This document shows positions 8,719 through 20,286 of a stretch of DNA of 64,000 nt, one piece after another. The translations under genes were made by a program, and so were the position numbers. The stretch is from assembly GCA_965649825.1 (NCBI GenBank), contig OZ287698.1:139949-203948 (forward strand), given 5' to 3'. The first letter of the stretch is position 1. Each line of letters begins with the position of its first letter. The notes below the pieces were generated by a model. That model did not search any database and was not told where the DNA came from. It saw nothing but the letters and a program-made list of their open reading frames with translations. Origin of the DNA: Penicillus capitatus. Taxonomy: Eukaryota; Plantae; Chlorophyta.

Positions 8719-11390
8719 CTAAGCTTCGCCGTGGCCTTCCATCTCGTAACCCGCTGGATAGATCCTCACTCGAGTATGGTTCCCTTCTCCAACCGTGCGG
8801 CATGGTAACTCATACTCTTTGATCATCTTGATCTAAACGAATCAGACGGCATCGCAATCGTTGGACGCGGAGAATGGACAGTGAGCGATGCACCTGCATT
8901 TCGAGGATGCGAGGGATCTGCGGCATGAGCTCCACGGGCTGCTTTCGAAGCACGACGATATCCTCTATCGCAAATCGGACCTCGTCCAGGGCAGCAGACT
9001 CTGCCGATGTTGTTTTCTCGGACGACAGTGCCTCAATCTGCACGGCAACCTCCTGCCTCCCTGCGCTGCTCGACGGGGTCGACGAACTGAAACCCAAGAG
9101 CGACTGAATTGCCGTGGCAAGCGCCATGTTGCTGTCGGAGTCCAGCGAGAACAGCGGAATCTTTGCCACACGGGCAGCCTTCTCTACCTAAATCCATTCT
9201 TTCAGCGAGGATCTGGAGGCACAGAGAGAACAGACCCATCCTCCGCGCTGGAGCTCTGTCCTGGTGCCCAGGACGGCGTTCGCCTTCTTGAGGTACGGTG
9301 TGATGGCGATCTGTCCTTTCAAGCCCAGAGCCTGCACCCGCGTACTCCTGGTCACGAGCAAGCGTTTGTAGACACGGTCGAACCTCGAGGATCTGCTGAA
9401 ACTGGATAACTTCGACGCCGAACAGAAACAGACGCATGGAAACGGAAGACTGCGAGGATCTAGTCTTCGCCGTCCCCGTTTCCTCGAAAAAGCTCCAGTC
9501 CGACTCCGCACTCGAATCCTCGAGGAAGCCGAGATCTGATGCAGACACGCTGTCGGCAGGCAGTTCGCATCGAATCCGCCCACTCGCCTTTCTGATACCA
9601 CGACAGGTCTTCTTCGGACAGTTGCTTGTCGCGAACAGGCGGTTTGGATGCTGCCTTCTCGGCTAGCTGACTCGGTGTGATGGGCTTGCCTGTGATCTGA
9701 ACGCAGAAGGTCCCTCGCGTGTGAGCACGAGACCGCTGAGCGAATGTTCATTACGAAAGGTGTCGATTTCCGCACGACGAGCGGGATCTTCTTGGGCGCC
9801 GGGCGCGTTCCTTTTTCGGTGGTGTAATCCTCCGATCCCGATCGCGTCCGGATCTCGCCGAGAGCCTTCCTGCCTTTCAGAATGGCGTCGACCGCCTCGG
9901 CCAGATTGTGGTGAATGCGCCAAGAATCGCGCTCGACCATCTCGATGGCGACATCGAAAGCGGGTGGAGCTGCGCGTTCCAGCACCGTTTTTCGAACACC
10001 CCTTCTCCGAGCCTCGCTGTCCCCTGCGTGGGCAATCCTCACCAGAGCCACATCTCCACCCACCGGTACCGAGTGTCACAGGTTCGACGCCGCCGATCAG
10101 ATCCTGAAGATGTGGGTTCTTGATGATGTTCTGCAGCTCTGTCCCGTGTGCCGTGGCGATCAACTGGACACCTCTTTGGGATATCGTCCGCGCCGCGGCG
10201 CATTCCAATTCGGTGCCTAATGCACGAATGACGACAGCAATGGACTCACAGTCCGGATCTCTCGAAACCTATCTCGTCGATGACGATGACCTGAGGCATG
10301 TGGTTCTCCACAGCTTCGATCATGACCTCGTGCTGTCGGCTCGGATGCGTCACCTGCATCCTCCGAGCTCTGCCGATGCCCGGATGCGGTACGTCTCCGT
10401 CCCCGGCGATCTCATTCGACGTGTCCACGATGACCACGCGCTTCTTCTCGACGTCTGCCAGCTGCTTGCTCATGGACCGAATGGCGGTCGTCTTTCCCCG
10501 TCCCTAACAGGAGCATCTCGTCCGATGGAGGAGAGACACGCGTCTGCTGCCGCGTACAGGGTATCCGAGAAGGAGAACGGATTTGCCTTCCCTGATGATG
10601 TCCGCCACCATCGCCGAGCTGCCGACGACGTGTCGACCGACCCTGGCCGTCAGTCCAATCACCTTTCCCCTTCGGTTCTTGATGCAGCTGATACGATGCA
10701 GCGTCCCGCTGATCCCTGCTCGATTATCTCCTCCGAACTCGCCCAACTGCAGACAGCAGGATTCCGACGGAATCCGTTGCATCTCTGAACGGATCTCCCA
10801 CTTGAGCGATGGCGCATTGCAAGTCCATTTCCGTGACAACTTCTCGCGACAGGTCGAGATCTCCGTCAAGGAAGCGAGCGAAGGGAAGGCGACCCAAGTC
10901 CATCACAACCTCCAGCAACTGGCAGTCACAGATCAATTGTTTCACGCAGAGAGGCGACGAGGACGTCGGACATTTTCGAGGTGTCGGTGCGAACGGAGCT
11001 TCTTCTGGACGTCTGCTGGCAGCAGCTGCACGATTTGGAAGAGCTCTTTCGTCTCTCTGTCTTCTTTTGCGTCCGCCTTTTCGTTTCGAATCCCCTTCCG
11101 TTTCTTCTTGCCGCGCTCTTCGGACGCCGACGAGGAGTGGGCAGCAAGCGTGATGACCGGACAGATTCGCTGACGCGTCAGACATCGCACTTCGTGCCTC
11201 TGCGACCATCTCGGGTCAACGGGCCGACCGCGACAGTGCTTGGAATACAGCGATCCCGACCATCCGATCGGAAACATGGCCGGCGTTCGGAGAACGAAGC
11301 TGCGTTCGAATCTGTCCTCTGGTGAGAATCGCCGGAGCGATTATTCGAAAGACGAGCATATGCTCGAACAATGACCCTCATGTTGTTCAT
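8719..11390 (-). CDS. ycf45: Plastid Ycf45-like AAA+ ATPase with R3H-like C-terminus, multi-exon (start approximate)
   Basis: [75 protein letters not shown] and RVRIYP motifs across ~50-nt introns. Confidence 0.85.
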
Positions 11391-11559
11391 GACGTCCTGA
11401 GAGTTTCGTCCCGCTGACGGCCTTGACGCGTCTGCAGCGAACATGGTGCGTTTGACCTTCCGAGCGTCTCCGTTGGCTGAGGCCTTAAGGATCGACATCG
11501 ACATCCTGGCGCAGGCACTGTCGCGTCGGATTTCACTCGATGGCCGGTCAGATGTCAAC

Positions 11560-13248
11560 ATGTCCACGCGGAGACGCAGTCGGAGCGGCGGAGGCGAAAC
11601 GAAGCATGCAGTGCCCCTCGATGTTTGTCCTCCCTGCCGCGCCCGACAGCACCTCACTCTGTCACTTGTGTGGTGTAGCCGATTGCCTCGGCAGATGTTT
11701 ACATGGTAGAGTCCACCTGCTCGGATCCCGATCTCCGAACCGGAAGCACTTTGCTAGGAGAGCATTCTGATCAAGCTGGAACTTCTCAACTACGAGCGGG
11801 ATTTCTGCAGACAAAGGTGGTAATTTAGCATCGCCGACGACTGAGCATAATGATCGGATCGTTGTCCGCGGACAGGAAACCGGAGCGGCCGCCGTTGCAT
11901 CGCATGTCTTTCGTGCTGCCTCCCGGTCCACTGAACAGCGGCCAGTTCTCTTACTTTGTCCAGTTGGTAGGCAGCGCGGGACGCCACTCGGAATATTGGC
12001 GGATGTCGGGCCTGCTGCGCAGGTCGTTTGGCTGATCGGCTGTCTGGGAAGAGAGGTCTCGCCGCCAAAGGAGTTCGACGATCCGTCGATCGTCTGCACC
12101 GATCTCCTGAACGAGATCAAGCTCCTGGGATTTCCTCCTCCCTCCTTCTCGGCAACGAAACTGCACAAGGGATACGGTGCCGAGGTCAGCGATCTCTTCC
12201 CTCGGCTTGCAGAACGCTTGCTCACGGAGGTCAGCTCTGTTGCGTACTGGATGCTTTGCTGGAACGCGTGCTGAAACACAGAGGCATTGCGTTTCAGCCA
12301 CCTGTCTTTCCGCAACAAGAGTATCCTCCGACGTGCTGCGGTGTTTCTCTCACCTTATTTGGCTTCAGGGATGAAACCCCTGAGGAAGAGGAGGACGAAG
12401 AGATGGAAGATGCCGAGATCACTCACGACGAGGTGTTCTGCAGCGCCGGGGCTCTCCATTAGCTTCTGATCCGACAGGTGGGCTCCATCGACGACGGTCC
12501 CTCGGAGGACGAAGCCGTCCGGACACAAGAAACCGAAGAGGACAGTGCAGAATCCAGCACGGACCCTGAGGCATGGCGCATAGAAACGACAAGAGTTGCC
12601 ACGAAGCTGAAGATCCACCCGTCTTCTGAAGACACGAGCCACTGGAGGCAGGATCTTGATCAGGTAGGCCACCCTTTCCAAATCCGAGACATTCTGTTCC
12701 CGACGTCGTTCGCTCGTGCACAACAGGCCGAGGAATGTCTGAGAGAGATGTCGGATATCTGGGAGAAAACGGAGAAGCAGATGACGGCCATAGCATCCGA
12801 CATCTCGCGACAGCTCGAGCGCGTTCGAGAGAAGGAAGAGAGGATGCAGCAAATGCACGGTCCTCGTCTCTCTTCCCATGCCGAGAAGAGCAAAAGAATC
12901 GAGGAGATCCAAGTGCGAATGAGCCTCCTTTGTACACCGTCTCTGCGAATGCAATGCAGACCTGCATCGCCGAGACAGAGATCGAAAAGGGCAATGCCGA
13001 AGGGCAGTTGAAAGAGATCGAGATGGAGCTCCATCAGATCGCAAAGCGTGTCGAGGAGAAGAGCAGCAGGTGCGGATCCGGTGCTCATCTGCGTGTCCAT
13101 TGCGTTCCTGTGTCCTAGCTTGGGCGATGCCTCTCCCGTTGTCCAACTGAAGGACGCGATTGACCAGCTCAAGCACGACCTGTCTGAGATGCACGTCTCG
13201 ATCGCCCTGATGTCACAGACGTTGTACAAATGTCCTTCAAACGGTTAG
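11560..13248 (+). CDS. IFT57: Intraflagellar transport protein 57, multi-exon (start approximate)
   Basis: LELLNYERDFC, PKEFDDP...LGFPPPSF..TKL, DPEAWRIE..RVA, DASPVVQLKDAIDQLK motifs match IFT57/HIPPI. Confidence 0.85.
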
Positions 13249-14100
13249 TTCGTTCAGGAGCCTTTCACTATGCTTTCTTACTGAAACTCATTCTCTTTCA
13301 AAACATTGATTTTTCAATGTCCTTCTTTCTTCTCTACTGACCTAACACAGTCGTTGTCCGGCTCAGATAACAGAACATCAAAATCAGATAGTCTGCTGCT
13401 TTATCCAAGCAGGAGCACGCGTCGTTGTATTCTTCTTGCTCTCTCTGATGAATCCTTTGCCTAGGATGCCGTTTCGCGATGTGTCTGACAAGTGATACAG
13501 ATGCAGATGCTATAGCTCCCTCATGAGGTTGATCAAACGCAATTATCTTAGTGGGTAGTGTTGGCGCACTGAGAAGATAGGCGGAGAGGTTTTGGCGATG
13601 GTTAAGGGCAGGCGGCGTGAGGATGCAAGTTCTGGTGGCATTTCGAAGCGTGTCTGTGCTTTGACGTGTCCGACCTGATTAGGCAGACATTCTGGATTCG
13701 AATCATGATGAAGGGGATTCTTGTAAAGTCGTGTCAGTCGTGGCTGCTGACGTGCGCTTGGTCATTAAACACCAATGACAATCGAGAACATTTAGGCACT
13801 GACACGTTTTTGTAGGAGATCGCGAAATCTGACAGTTTCCGAGGTCGCGGCGACGCTGGGTTTGACGCTAAACTGACCTGCCTGATGCTGGCGACATCGA
13901 ATTCTCAGCGGAAACCTCGGGGCGACGCAGAATAAAGGAATTCTGGCCATGGAGGCCAGAAGACGAGAACAACTCACATAGCGTTGCATTCAGCCAATGG
14001 CACGAAATCTGGACTTGCAGCGCGGTCGAAGTGCTCGAGCACAGTGTCGCAAGGAGCGCTACAGGTGGCGTAGAGACGCATTTCCTGTGTCACACGGGAG

Positions 14101-14227
14101 GCTGTGAGAGTCGACCTGTCGGCCGAGTCCGGACCGGATGGCGAGTCGCGCGGGAAACTCTGTCGGCAACGTATAATTACATAGCTAGACGGATAAGACA
14201 GAACAGTTCCCGCATAAGTACTCGGAA
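14101..14227. repeat. Dispersed ~130-bp repeat, inverted homologue of ~63530-63656
   Basis: Shared blocks GTCGACCTG, GAGTCCGGAC, GGATGGCGAGTCGCGC, TACATAGCTAGACG, CAGAACAGTTC on opposite strands. Confidence 0.75.
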
Positions 14228-14272
14228 TGACGTCAGTCCTCTCTCATGCCAACGTCCTGCATGATGAGCGTC

Positions 14273-14475
14273 TTGTGCAACGTACGTCATAGAGGCGGCC
14301 GCGCTAAACGAACAAACACAGCGGAAGACTTTACAGTTCACAGAGCAAGGTTGTTTGGTGTTTCTGATGCGCCCATTTGTATGCAGAATCTGACAAGACT
14401 TCACAGATCGGGTGAGCCATCCGGCGCTCAGGGCCATAGGAAAATACCCTGATAAGACAGGTATACCATGCACAA
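14273..14475 (-). mobile_element. Solo LTR-like element related to the 2396 and 62560 LTRs
   Basis: 5-bp TSD GCGTC, TTGTGCA...TGCACAA termini, and shared block CCTTGCTC...AAGTCTTCCGCTGT on the minus strand. Confidence 0.65.
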
Positions 14476-16654
14476 GCGTCCCTTGGAATCATTAACCTCT
14501 CAGAAACATGGCAAATGATGTGACTTCCACGCGAGAGCGCGACATCTTGTTTGTAATGCTGTGAAAAACGTAAAAGGGATGGAGACCATGGTTATATAAA
14601 ATAAGAATTCTTAAAACACGTAGAGGTTTAAAGAGTGCGGTTACGTGCAGAATCGAGTCGAAGCGCGTCGCATGACGTTCTTGACGAGAAAAGCGTAACG
14701 CTTTTTGCTTTGCTGATGATTTTGGCCTGTGTTTCACGGTGCTAAGCCTTCTCCGCTCGCTCAGCATCGCAGCCAACGGGTAGCGCAGAAGGTACACGTT
14801 CCAAGGTGTAAACGAGGGCTACCAACGTGGTAACCAGCAGTTCTAAAAGGTGAACTGCGATCATTTTTGAAAGGCAAAATCTGTACAACGTTCGCCTTTT
14901 TAATGTTCAATCTGCAGATCAAGTTAATGCTGCAGATTCTTGTCTGTCCTCACACAAGGGAACATCGGTGTGTTGCAACCTTTACCACACAACGAAATTA
15001 GCAATCCGAGAGAAAAAAGAGCCAAAGTGAACCTTGCCCAGATATCCGCACCACCGACAGCACTTCGAAAGGAACAAACAACAACAGAAGTCCAAAAAGA
15101 CCGCTGATCTAGTGTAAAGGGATCCGATGGGACGGTTTTTTAGTGAATGAATCTTTTCGTCTTAAAATGGAAGTCAAACAGTGACTTGTAAGTAATGCTT
15201 CTTTCCGCGCCTACCGGCTTTCTCTTCTCATCTAAACTAAAAAGACGTCACATGGTTCTGGAGCTCAAGGAATTGTCAAGATCGATGTAACAATCTCCGA
15301 ACACTGAGAGTCCAGACGGTGGCGGACGACGACGATAACAACGCACTCAGACTTAGCACACAGAACGTGAGATTAATGACATGCTGAATGGCTGTCCTTC
15401 AATACACGCGGTGATTGGGAATACCGTAACCTTACAACTAACGGCTGCGAACTTCAAGCCTCGCTCCGTATCTATCACCCTATGGTTATTTAATAGCCAT
15501 GTCAGAGGCCGATTCCCGTCGCGACCGATGGTCTGCGAGCCAGTGTGGTTCTGCGCCGACCCAACCGTCTCCGATGGTTAGGCAGGCAACATGACATCTA
15601 CGTCTCCTGCAGGAATCCCTGGAGGCTCACAGACGGTCCGGACATGTGGAGTGACATGTGACGGTCGTAATGTGGATTTCTCCGGTTAGTTCGTCGATGA
15701 ACTATGCCAACCGGAGAGACACGACCTGCGAATTTTTCCAACTTGAGCGCAGGCACGTATCGCTTTTCGACGACGCCCGTGAGATGCGGAATGCGCATGT
15801 GTGGCCCAGTCATGGTTAAAGCAATGAAATTTGGTAAGGGATTGCGTTAGAGGCTCAGGACTTTAAGGACCTCCTTTCCGCTCCACCCGGAGGGTCGTAA
15901 AACTTAGAGATGGGTTGCGAATCTTTTGAGCCGTGCACGAATGCCGGCAACGAGCGCCTTAGGTAGTAACAAAACCGACAGAAACTCTTATTAGCGTGCT
16001 TCTCCCGACAAACATCGGATGGATCTGGCACCTTCGAGCTCTCCGGGACCGACACCCTCACGATGATCGCTCTCAGTCGAGCATTCACGTTTATTCTTGT
16101 GATCTCGGTCGGCATATCTCCGATCACATCATCAATGTTTCGACAGCTCTGAATCAATGACTTGAGGCAGCGAGCATACAGGCAAATAGATGCTCATCTC
16201 ACAGACGCAAGTCCGAGATGCATCAAATGGCCTGTAAATGTGACCAACTGTTGTGCTCTTTAGGGGGGCGGCAAATGATCACATACTGTGGAGTCAAATC
16301 TAACGAGCAGAGTTAAGTTCAAAAGGCAACGTGACGGCGATATTGCGCGAAGGAGGATTGAAAAGTCGATGTTTTTAGATCGACTATTTGTTGATCGGTG
16401 GAGAGATGACAAACAAACGGTTACAGTTCCCGCAGTCGTGCAAACCATTCTTTTCTACGGTTTGAATGTCTTTCAGGAAAAGTAAAACATGCTGGAGAAC
16501 TTGAAGAACTCAGATCCAAGATGGATTTGCTGATGCACCGACTGACTGCTGCACTGTGGACTTTGTCCGAACCTCGTATCCACTGGTTCCTCGTAATGCT
16601 GATCCTCATTCCAGTAGCGCCAACAGAGAATCCATCTCTTCAAATATTAGTACA

Positions 16655-17977
16655 CTACGGATCCAACAGTTTCCCTGTAGCCTCATCGCGGACACGGATT
16701 GCCGGATTCGACGGTGTCGACGATTGAGGGGTGTCGTCCTTGTCCGCATCATCTTCGGGTCTATCGTGCATCAAAGGCACCGTCCTTTTTGAAGGAGAGG
16801 CTGTTTGTTCTCCGTTGCCGCTAGTAGCTTTGCTCGCAAACATTTTCTCCATTGAAGCACGAAAATTTTTCCATGCGGTAGTCTGAGGTACAATGATCGC
16901 TGCTGCCAATACGATGAAGGGAATGGTCCACATCGCAATCACCACTACAATGCCTACAACACCTCCCGACAGGGCAACGCCAGCAAACCATGGAAGAACA
17001 AGAAAGATAGTGTATATTGTAAGGATCTTCAGTTGGATGTCCCTGTTATCCTGTCTTGAACATTGGTTCAAAAAAATAAAGACCATTCCAACGATCAAGA
17101 AAAGAAGTCCGATCAATCCAAACACGCCTATGGACACTTCCAGATGACACCATTCTCCCTTGTGCTCCGAACACTGAAGCAAAGTTCTCACACTGCATTC
17201 CCAGTTCTCACAGTACCCATTGTCGTCAATGGTACAGTCGCAACTGATCGATTCCACATCACCATTCGACTTCAATTCCCCAGACCAGCGATTGCAGAAA
17301 GGAGTTGAAGAGTTTTCAGTCTTTGTTTCGTGGCAGAAATAATCGCCGAATCTTGCAGAACCGATACCGTCATTCTCGGTGCATCTCCACTTCAGACAGT
17401 AAGAACTTGTATTTGTCCACCCTTCTTCGTGGCAGGAACAGAACTCGAGCATATCGACGTCTCTCTTACATACTAAAAGCTTGTCTCTTCCGCTATAGAA
17501 TCCAGGTTGAGCAAGCGGTGCACTTGCCTTGCCCTTTCTGAACCGCTCTAAACAGTATCTCTCCCTCTCCTCGCTGATACACGTCCATCGATCGCAGTAC
17601 GAATCTTTCACACGGTAGCAGGTGCAGATTCCTTTCCTGAACTCCTGTGCGTTATCTCCATTCTGCGCCCATCTCTGACAGAAGCTTTCATTGTCGTATC
17701 TATCTAGGCAGTTGCTCCAGATGTCGCCCTCCTTGCGTTCCATCTTCGGCAAACCTCCTCTCCAGAGACCGCTCTTCGAGAAGTAACCTGCGTCCTTCTG
17801 AAGCTGTCCCCAACTGAGGAGTCCGCCAGACGCGTCATCAGCTCGTGCATTCGTAGTCAAGCCGAGCAAGAGAACTGTCGTGACGAGAGCGGTCGCTGGT
17901 CGTCCGGACGTCGTTAACGTGTTCGGCGCAGTCTTCTTTCTTATTGCCAGAGGAGTACGGAGAGAAACGAAAGTCAT
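16655..17977 (-). CDS. Cys/Trp-rich membrane protein, paralogue 2
   Basis: Intronless ORF with the same signal peptide, SGGLLSWGQL...WRGGLPK N-terminus, Cys/Trp repeats and TM segments as 4348-5547. Confidence 0.8.
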   Translation of the reverse strand: MTFVSLRTPLAIRKKTAPNTLTTSGRPATALVTTVLLLGLTTNARADDASGGLLSWGQLQKDAGYFSKSGLWRGGLPKMERKEGDIWSNCLDRYDNESFCQRWAQNGDNAQEFRKGICTCYRVKDSYCDRWTCISEERERYCLERFRKGKASAPLAQPGFYSGRDKLLVCKRDVDMLEFCSCHEEGWTNTSSYCLKWRCTENDGIGSARFGDYFCHETKTENSSTPFCNRWSGELKSNGDVESISCDCTIDDNGYCENWECSVRTLLQCSEHKGEWCHLEVSIGVFGLIGLLFLIVGMVFIFLNQCSRQDNRDIQLKILTIYTIFLVLPWFAGVALSGGVVGIVVVIAMWTIPFIVLAAAIIVPQTTAWKNFRASMEKMFASKATSGNGEQTASPSKRTVPLMHDRPEDDADKDDTPQSSTPSNPAIRVRDEATGKLLDP

Positions 17978-18261
17978 TGCCTTCACCGCGTTGCCAAAAA
18001 CACGTGTGCCGCGTATCGAGCAGCTCGTTCGTACGTTCGTCGTCGGTACCGAATACACCGACTCAGCGACTGTATAAGAAGTGTCTTTTCAGAGACACGT
18101 CGGACGTTCTCTCGCGATTCGGCGAGGTCATTGACCTCGAGTGAGAACAGAAATGAATAACACGGGGTGGGATTTGCCCATTAGCGAATCATTAAACTTG
18201 GTCGAGATCGTTGTGGGACAGGCAGAATGATTTGACACCACACAGCGCCATGTGCACTAAG

Positions 18262-18818
18262 CCGAAAATGCTGCCATCTACACGTGACTTAAAAGAGAAA
18301 GAAATGGTACGAATCACAGATGTCTTAGAGCTTCAAAGGCACTCAGCGAATTATAGTAACAGATTGGTCGAATTCGTACTGTATCTAGCAAAAGCATCAG
18401 ATGGTTGGCGCAATAAAGAAGAGCGCATCAAAAGGCTGCGTGGTATGGCAGTAACAATTCCAAAACATGCCGGCGAATATCTGCTGACGCCGTTAAAGTG
18501 TTGCGTCGACGAAGACTCGAGCGTTCGTTATTCTGCGAGAGAGGCATTAGACAGCATAAATCTCGAGAAGATTGTCGTTTCGGCAATGGTAACTCTTCTT
18601 GAGTATAGAGTCGGCAACTATTACTGTTTTGTGCGCCACCCGTTTACCTCGGACTCTCCTACAAAGCAGAAAACAGTTCCCTTTGTCCTTCATGCGACTT
18701 CTTTCCAGGAATTTGGAAGGTGGAGCAAGGATTATGTTGACTTTTTGTTGGTCTCTTGAGACGAGAGTTTGGCGAGAAGTTTCCTGAATTATTGGAGCAT
18801 CTTGAAAGAAAGGAGTAG
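18262..18818 (+). pseudogene. 5'-truncated NACHT-HEAT paralogue remnant with a single HEAT unit
   Basis: Aligns to the full gene before and after the array (ITDVL.L.RHSA..S, KHAGE...CVDEDS.VR, DSPTKQKTVP.VLHATS); frameshift near 18755. Confidence 0.9.
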
Positions 18819-19700
18819 CTCGGAAGCGGAGTTCATTCTGTACTTCGCGGACATTAAGTTGTGGATACGATATCACATTCTTTCTTCATGATCGGTTCGT
18901 TCAAAAGCTCGGTCAACGTAGCATCACACCACACATCTCTTGATGCGCGTTTTTCTAAGAACCTTGAATCATTCGTCGTTGTCGTGTGTTCCACGAATTC
19001 AAACCGAAACAGATTGTTTGCTCTGTGTATCGTCTCGCTAGGTTGCTGTGCTGGAACAAACTGGACAGTTTAAAGAAGCGTTTGTTTGTGTCTGCACCAA
19101 AGGTACTTCTGAAATGCGCAGCAATCTGAGTGGAAATGTGCCACTAAGTATCAAGGTAAAACCGCCTTCGGCTCATACATATTTGAGGTGTCGTTCATTT
19201 ACACTAAGTCTATCTTAAGATGAAAAAGCACGACAAAAAAAAGAACTTCGTTCTAACTGTCTTTGCGTTGTTGTTCATCGTTCACTCAGATCCTGTGAAC
19301 GCATGGTGCTAAAGCTACTTGCTAAAGTATCCATTAGATCATCGTACACGTCCTGCAATCACGAACGGGATTTTCACGGAATACCGTGTTCCTCTCTTGG
19401 TTATGGAATTTGCAGCGTGGTCTTTGAGACACAGACATGACCCGTTCTTTTCACGATTTCTATCGCTGTCACAGGGCCATTGCCGACTTCGACTGGGCTT
19501 CGGATGAGAATTATGTGTAATCGCCCTGATTCTCATTCGTTCAAAAGTTCTTTTTACTGTCTCAGAGCATTCATGTAAAGGAAGGGCGTTCTGGCATTAG
19601 GTGTCGAAAGAAACTTTGTTTCCTTTCCTTTCGAAGCAATGCAGCATTTTTATCTCAGTTTACACACGCAGCGAACTGCGTGGCAAATAGTCATGCTGTC
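18819..19700. repeat. Module X, copy 2 (contains the LINE-empty site)
   Basis: Homologous to 1527-2395 and 32233-33105; TTCATTCTGTACTT occurs once with no insertion. Confidence 0.85.
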
Positions 19701-19709
19701 TGTCCCTCA

Positions 19710-20286
19710 TCGGTCTCGATCGGGTGGATCACCCTTTCCAAATCCTAGACATTCTGTTCCCGATGTCTTTCGCTCGTGCACAACAGGCAGAGGAATGTCT
19801 GAGAGAGATGTCGGGCATCTGGGAGAAAACGGAGAAAGCAGATGCGGCGATGGGATCCGACATCTCGAGACAGCTGGAGCGCGTTCGGGAGAGGGAAGAG
19901 AGGATGCAGCACAGACACGGTCATCGTCTCTCTTCCCGTGCCGAGAAAAGCAAAAGAACCTCCTTCGTACACCGTCTCTGCGAATGCATTGCATTACAGA
20001 CCTGCATCGCCGAGACAGAGATCGAAAAGTGCAGTGCCGAAGGGCAGTTGAGGGAAATCGAGATGGAGCTCCAGCAGACCACAAAGCGTGTCGAGGAGAA
20101 GAGCAGCAGGTGCGGATCCGGTGCTCATCTGTGTCCATTGCATTCCTGTGTCCTAGCCTTGGCGACACCTCTCCCGTTGTCCACCTGAAGGACGCAATTG
20201 ACCACCTCAAGCACGACCTGTCTGAGATGCACGTCTCGATCGCCCTGATGTCACAGACGTTGTACAAGTGTCCTTCAAACGGTTAG
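19710..20286 (+). pseudogene. IFT57: IFT57 3' fragment
   Basis: Homologous to ~12655-13248, retains the GTGCGG...CCTAG intron, carries indels. Confidence 0.85.
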
